Source: an uncultured bacterium
GTDB taxonomy: Bacteria > Eisenbacteria > RBG-16-71-46 > CAIMUX01 > WJJG01
Assembly (NCBI GenBank): GCA_964612295.1
Contig: CAZTDY010000006.1
Span: 35,546-99,545 of the forward strand
Direction of reading: 5' to 3'
Length of the DNA stretch: 64,000 bases
The notes below the pieces were generated by a model. That model saw only the letters and a list, made by a program, of their open reading frames with translations, was not told the origin of the DNA and did no database searches. Below, one piece after another: positions 59,689-64,000 of the stretch; within the stretch, counting starts at the first letter, position 1, and each line of letters opens with the position of its first letter. The translations under genes were made by a program, and so were the position numbers.

Positions 59689-60111
59689 ATGAAGTACTTG
59701 AAGACAGATGCAGCCAAATGCGAGGGCGTTCGCGCGTGCGAACGGCGTTGCGCGCAGGTGTACCACAAGACCGAGGATGCGGCCTACTCGGCCATTCGAA
59801 TCGAAGAGCGTGAGGGGGGAGGCATCCGGATTCACGCCTGCACACAGTGCGGCGTCTGCATCGACGTCTGTCCCACACGTGCGCTCAGGCGTAACAAGCT
59901 GGGCGTCGTCATGCTCTACAAGAAGGACTGCATCGGTTGCTTCCAGTGCGTCGGGTACTGCCCCGAGGAGGCGATCTTCGATCATCCCGACCTGGACTAC
60001 CCGATCAAGTGCATTGCGTGCGGCCAATGCGTAAAAGAGTGTCCGCACGGAGCCCTGGCGATTGACGAAGTTCACCTTTCCAGCGTGGCGACCGAGGCCT
60101 CCGCTGGTTAG
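59689..60111 (+). CDS. 4Fe-4S ferredoxin-type protein (multiple CxxCxxCxxxCP clusters)
   Basis: CTQCGVCIDVCP, CIGCFQCVGYCP, CIACGQCVKECP motifs. RBS AGGAGAGG. Confidence 0.7.
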   Translation: MKYLKTDAAKCEGVRACERRCAQVYHKTEDAAYSAIRIEEREGGGIRIHACTQCGVCIDVCPTRALRRNKLGVVMLYKKDCIGCFQCVGYCPEEAIFDHPDLDYPIKCIACGQCVKECPHGALAIDEVHLSSVATEASAG

Positions 60112-60117
60112 GCGGAT

Positions 60118-60147
60118 TTGACAAACTGCCCTCCGGTGGGCTACCAT
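60118..60147 (+). promoter_or_regulatory. putative sigma70-type promoter for trp leader (TTGACA-N17-TACCAT)
   Basis: Consensus -35 hexamer TTGACA at 60118-60123. Plausible -10 17 nt downstream. About 70 nt upstream of leader ATG. Confidence 0.35.
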
Positions 60148-60216
60148 CTTCAGTCACAGAAGCGTCTCGCCACGGGCGGGCCGGGATTGGGACTCGCGGC
60201 GAGCGAAAGGTCGATC

Positions 60217-60333
60217 ATGAATCTGTCGGGAAACCACCAACCAGTTGGCACCCTAAGTGCCCTCTATTGTTGGCGATGGTGGCGTGGCCCCCAGTCGATG
60301 GCGGCGCGTGCCCGTTCCCGTGATTTGACCTGA
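60217..60333 (+). CDS. trpL: trp operon leader peptide with three Trp codons (C-W-R-W-W)
   Basis: ATG 60217 with AAAGG RBS. 38 codons MNLSGNHQPVGTLSALYCWRWWRGPQSMAARARSRDLT. UGG codons at 60271, 60277, 60280. Stop 23 nt before terminator hairpin. Confidence 0.6.
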   Translation: MNLSGNHQPVGTLSALYCWRWWRGPQSMAARARSRDLT

Positions 60334-60356
60334 TCTCAACCTGAATCAATCACTAG

Positions 60357-60396
60357 GCGGCCCGCCATCGGATAGGTGGCGGGCCGCTTCTATTTT
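60357..60396 (+). terminator. trp attenuator terminator hairpin (with upstream antiterminator complement)
   Basis: 11-bp stem GCGGCCCGCCA/TGGCGGGCCGC, 9-nt loop, then TTCTATTTT. Upstream CGATGGCGG (60295-60303) is complementary to the 5' arm CCGCCATCG, allowing an alternative antiterminator. Confidence 0.65.
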
Positions 60397-60415
60397 GCCG
60401 AAAGGGAAGGTAGAC

Positions 60416-61924
60416 ATGGGAGATGGGACGCAAACAAGAGGAGGGCGCCCGATGGTGAGCCCAACGCTGGATGAGTATTGCCAGATTTCGAGCCAGGGTG
60501 GACGCGTCCCATTGCGAAGACGAATCCCCGCTGACCTCGAGACGCCGGTCTCAGCCTTTCTGAAGCTCAAGCCGGAAGGAGCTGCGTTTCTGCTCGAGAG
60601 TGTCGAGCAAGGCATCCAGGTCGGCCGGTACTCCTTCATCGGCATCTCTCCGCGGGTGTCGATCCAATTGGCGGGCGGAACCGTGACCACGCGTCACGGG
60701 GAGCAGGTGCACGAGGAGCCAGTCGATCCACAGGACCCGTTCACCGCCGTCAGATCTGAACTCGACAAGATGAGCCAGCTGGTGGGCGATGATCTCCCCG
60801 CCCCCTTCGGGGGGGCTGTTGGGTACCTGGGCTATGATCTGGTGAGGTACTTCGAGTCGATCCCGCTGCCGGATGGCACCGGCCTGGGTCTGCCCGACTA
60901 CAGTTTCGTCTTCCCGAACACGCTGGCGGTCTTTGATCACGTCAAGAGCGAGATCGAGATCATCACGTTGCCGCCTGAGGGAGAGGCCGAATCGGCTTAC
61001 GCAAGCGGTCTGGCCCTGATCGATCAGTTGCTGGACGCCCTGCAATCCCCTCTGCCTCTCGGCCTGGAAGGCCCCGAAGCATCCGAACGCAAACCGCTGC
61101 AGTCGAACATGACCGAGGAGGTGTTCAAGAAGAAGGTCGAGCGCGCAAAGGAACACATCCTGGCCGGGGATGCGTTTCAGATCGTGTTGTCGCAGCGGCT
61201 TCAGGGTGAGACGCACGTGTCGCCCTTCCAGATCTACCGCGCGCTGCGCATTCTCAATCCGTCACCCTACATGTTCTTCGTCGACTTCAACGACTTTCAG
61301 ATCGTGGGCTCCTCACCCGAGGTGCTCGTCAAACTCGACGATCGTCACGCGCTCGTCTGCCCTATCGCGGGGACCCGGCCCCGGGGCGAGACTCCCCAGG
61401 CCGACCAAGAACTCGAAGAAGAACTGCTGGCCAACGAGAAGGAGTGCGCCGAGCACGTCATGCTCGTCGATCTGGGGCGAAATGACCTCGGCCGCGTCTG
61501 CGAGGTCGGCTCGGTGGAGACCGACTCCCTGATGCACATCGAGAAGTACTCCCACGTCATGCACATCGTCTCCCGGGTGACGGGAACCCTCCGCAAGGAG
61601 TTCGACATGTTCGGCCTCCTGCGGGCGACCTATCCGGCCGGCACGGTGACCGGTGCCCCCAAGATCCGCGCGATGGAGATCATCAGCGACCTTGAAGGCG
61701 AGGCCCGCGGCCCCTACGCCGGGGCGGTGGGTTACTTCGGGCGGCAAGGCGACATGGACATGTGTATCACGATCCGCACCCTGGTCATGAAGGGGACGCG
61801 GTACTACGCGCAGGCCGGAGCCGGCATCGTCGCCGACTCGGATCCCGCTGCGGAGTATCAGGAGACGCTGAGTAAGATCCGCGCGCTCACCAAGGCGATT
61901 TCGATCGCAGAGGAGGGGTTTTAG
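60416..61924 (+). CDS. trpE: anthranilate synthase component I
   Basis: GAVGYLGYDLVRYFE, LSQRL, GTRPRG, DLGRNDLGRV, GAPKIRAME chorismate-binding motifs. RBS GGGAAGG. Confidence 0.85.
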   Translation: MGDGTQTRGGRPMVSPTLDEYCQISSQGGRVPLRRRIPADLETPVSAFLKLKPEGAAFLLESVEQGIQVGRYSFIGISPRVSIQLAGGTVTTRHGEQVHEEPVDPQDPFTAVRSELDKMSQLVGDDLPAPFGGAVGYLGYDLVRYFESIPLPDGTGLGLPDYSFVFPNTLAVFDHVKSEIEIITLPPEGEAESAYASGLALIDQLLDALQSPLPLGLEGPEASERKPLQSNMTEEVFKKKVERAKEHILAGDAFQIVLSQRLQGETHVSPFQIYRALRILNPSPYMFFVDFNDFQIVGSSPEVLVKLDDRHALVCPIAGTRPRGETPQADQELEEELLANEKECAEHVMLVDLGRNDLGRVCEVGSVETDSLMHIEKYSHVMHIVSRVTGTLRKEFDMFGLLRATYPAGTVTGAPKIRAMEIISDLEGEARGPYAGAVGYFGRQGDMDMCITIRTLVMKGTRYYAQAGAGIVADSDPAAEYQETLSKIRALTKAISIAEEGF

Positions 61925-61926
61925 CC

Positions 61927-62499
61927 ATGCATCTGCTGATCGATAACTACGACTCGTTCACCTTCAACATCGTGCAAGCCCTGGGAGAGCTGGGCGCCCA
62001 GATCGAGGTGGTCCGCAACGACAAGATCACCGTGGACGAGGCGGTGGCGAAGAAACCCGCCTCACTTATCATCTCTCCCGGTCCGGGCACGCCGGACGAT
62101 GCGGGGATCTCGGTGGACCTGATCAAGGCTCTCGCGGGCAGCACGCCGATCCTGGGGGTCTGTCTCGGCCACCAGTGTATCGTGGCCGCCTTCGGCGGCG
62201 TGATCGAGCGCGCCCCGCGGGTCATGCATGGGAAGGTGTCGAACGTCTATCACGATGGCGTCACGATCTATGACGGCATCTCGAACCCATTCACCGCCAC
62301 GCGGTATCACTCTCTGATCGTACGCGAGGAGAAGTTGCCCGCCGATCTGCACGTGTCCGCCTATACATCCGACGGCGAGATCATGGGTGTGCGGGCGAAG
62401 GGGAAGACGATCGAAGGGGTCCAGTTCCATCCCGAGTCGATTCTCACCCCCGAAGGCAAGCAACTCTTCACCAACTTCCTGCAACTGGCCGGCGATTGA
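61927..62499 (+). CDS. trpG: anthranilate synthase component II (glutamine amidotransferase)
   Basis: MHLLIDNYDSFTFN, catalytic GVCLGHQ, HPES triad motifs. Confidence 0.85.
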   Translation: MHLLIDNYDSFTFNIVQALGELGAQIEVVRNDKITVDEAVAKKPASLIISPGPGTPDDAGISVDLIKALAGSTPILGVCLGHQCIVAAFGGVIERAPRVMHGKVSNVYHDGVTIYDGISNPFTATRYHSLIVREEKLPADLHVSAYTSDGEIMGVRAKGKTIEGVQFHPESILTPEGKQLFTNFLQLAGD

Positions 62500-62519
62500 G
62501 GCGTGAGAGGGGAGAGGCC

Positions 62520-63542
62520 ATGAGCAAGGCTGTGCTGACCAAGTTGATCGACGGGGCGGATCTCACGCGCGAGGAAGCCCGTGAGACCATGCAGAGCATC
62601 ATGACCGGTGAGCTTGCCGAGGTCGAGATTGCGGCCCTCCTCACCGCGCTTAGGGCCAAGGGGGAGTCTGTCGATGAGATTGCCGGGTTTGCCGGGGTCA
62701 TGCGAGAGCACGCCGTGTCGATTGCTCCTGCACGGGAACGGATCGTCGATACCTGCGGGACCGGCGGCGACGGCCAAGGGACCTTCAACATCTCGACCGC
62801 GACGGCCCTCGTGGCCGCGGCGATGGAGATTCCGGTGGCCAAGCACGGCAACCGTGCCGTCTCCTCGAAGAGCGGGAGCGCGGATGTTCTGGAAGCCTTG
62901 GGTGTCCGCATCGATCTGCTACCTGGGGCCGTCACGCGCCTGATCGAGGAAGTGGGCGTTGGATTCCTCTTCGCCCCCCATCATCATCCGGCGATGAGAT
63001 ATGCGGCGCCGGTGCGCAAACAGCTGGGTATTCGCACGATCTTCAACGTGCTGGGGCCACTGACCAATCCGGCCGGGGTCAAACGCCAGCTTCTCGGCGT
63101 GTTCTCCCCCGATCTCACGGAAACTCTGGCACACGTACTCGGCGAACTGGGATCCGAGAAGGCCTTCGTGGTCCACGGAGTGGACGGGGGAGACGAAGTG
63201 TCGATCACCGCCGAGACGGCGATCAGTGTTCTGCAGAACGGCGCGGTAAACAGCTTCCGGTTCCATCCCCGAGAGGTGGGGTTGGATCTGGTGGCGCCCT
63301 CCCAGGTGGCCGGTGGGTCGGCGGCCGAGAATGCGGCGCACATCGAGCGGGTCCTCAAGGGGGAAAGCGGGGGCCGCACCGATGCCGTGCTCCTCAATGC
63401 CGGGTTCGTCGCACTTGTTGCCGATCGTGTGACGTCTGCAGCTGACGGCGTGGCGCTCGCACGGGAGACGGTCGCGGCCGGGAAAGCAAGCGCCCTGCTG
63501 ACGCGATTGAGAGAAGCGTCCCAGGATCTCGCTGGGAACTAG
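62520..63542 (+). CDS. trpD: anthranilate phosphoribosyltransferase
   Basis: CGTGGDGQGTFNISTATALVAAA and NPAG motifs. 340 aa. Confidence 0.85.
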   Translation: MSKAVLTKLIDGADLTREEARETMQSIMTGELAEVEIAALLTALRAKGESVDEIAGFAGVMREHAVSIAPARERIVDTCGTGGDGQGTFNISTATALVAAAMEIPVAKHGNRAVSSKSGSADVLEALGVRIDLLPGAVTRLIEEVGVGFLFAPHHHPAMRYAAPVRKQLGIRTIFNVLGPLTNPAGVKRQLLGVFSPDLTETLAHVLGELGSEKAFVVHGVDGGDEVSITAETAISVLQNGAVNSFRFHPREVGLDLVAPSQVAGGSAAENAAHIERVLKGESGGRTDAVLLNAGFVALVADRVTSAADGVALARETVAAGKASALLTRLREASQDLAGN

Positions 63543-63578
63543 GGGGACAGGTGGGGATGCCACGGGTTGAGGTGTGTT

Positions 63579-64000
63579 GTGGGTGACTTCTTGGATCAGG
63601 TGGTGAAAGAGAAAGAGATCGAGCTCGTCCAGAAACGGGCGTCGGTCAGCCTGCAGGATCTGGAGAAGAAGATCACGGATCATCCGGTTCGCGGCTTTGC
63701 GGCTGCGCTGGGGGCATCCGGGACCCGGATCATCGCTGAGATCAAGAGGCGCTCACCCAGTGTGACGAAGTTTCGCCAGCAGAAGCCGGTTGAAGAGATG
63801 GCCCGGATCTACGAGCAGAATGGCGCCTCGGCGATCTCGGTCGTGACTGATACACCGAATTTCGGGATGAGCCTGGCCGATGTCGCCTGTATTCGATCCG
63901 CGGTGGCCCTGCCGGTCTTGGTGAAGGAGTTCGTGATCGATCGGTATCAGGCGCTCGAAGCGCGGGCGGCGGGAGCGGACGCCCTCCTTCTGATCGTGCG
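63579..64000 (+). CDS. trpC: indole-3-glycerol-phosphate synthase (5' part, runs off window)
   Basis: IAEIKRRSPS and ISVVTD...LVKEFVID motifs. Start GTG 63579 or TTG 63567. No stop before window end. Confidence 0.7.
   Translation, partial: MGDFLDQVVKEKEIELVQKRASVSLQDLEKKITDHPVRGFAAALGASGTRIIAEIKRRSPSVTKFRQQKPVEEMARIYEQNGASAISVVTDTPNFGMSLADVACIRSAVALPVLVKEFVIDRYQALEARAAGADALLLIV

Noticed and set aside
1-64000. CRISPR arrays, integrases/transposases, rRNA/tRNA genes
   Set aside because: No direct-repeat arrays, no recognisable recombinase motifs, no tRNA-like cloverleaf signatures were seen in intergenic regions.

Overview
A 64-kb high-GC (about 65%) bacterial chromosomal segment, densely coding, with no rRNA, tRNA, CRISPR or mobile-element genes visible. 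Four secreted proteins end in the roughly 80-aa C-terminal beta-sandwich sorting domain typical of type IX secretion (T9SS) cargo, which suggests an FCB-group organism. Main blocks: (i) 161-2569, a secreted caspase-like outer-membrane protein. (ii) 2581-20835, a roughly 18-kb co-directional minus-strand cluster of 15 glycan/envelope-modification genes (serine acetyltransferase, SGNH lipoprotein, ACP, AsnB-like amidotransferase, AMP-ligase, NadE-like amidotransferase, 3 GT2, a GT-C/ArnT-like transferase, membrane metallophosphoesterase, LPG-synthase-TM flippase-like protein, polysaccharide deacetylase, glycerol-3-phosphate-dehydrogenase (G3P-DH)-like flavoenzyme, SDR epimerase), followed by a methyltransferase/GT4/carbamoyltransferase module at 21009-24711 and an unassigned ORF at 24810-25619. 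(iii) 26009-28021, a T9SS cargo protein whose thioredoxin-like W-x-PYC redox motif has an in-frame TGA at the first Cys position (candidate selenoprotein). (iv) A thiamine operon (thiE; thiF-thiS-thiG-thiH) behind a TPP riboswitch. (v) Two S8 subtilisin T9SS cargo genes, the first split by an exact 11-bp tandem duplication. (vi) A zinc-metallopeptidase + ATP-grasp ligase pair, a TonB-dependent receptor, and a URO-D-like methyltransferase + corrinoid protein pair. (vii) A hybrid sensor kinase (frameshifted) with a response regulator. (viii) A hexaheme c-type cytochrome with a T9SS tail. (ix) An RHH/zinc-ribbon protein, znuABC and zur, each behind a palindromic operator. (x) A PP2C phosphatase interrupted by a G9 homopolymer. 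(xi) A ferredoxin and a trpEGD(C) operon preceded by a Trp-codon leader peptide/attenuator.
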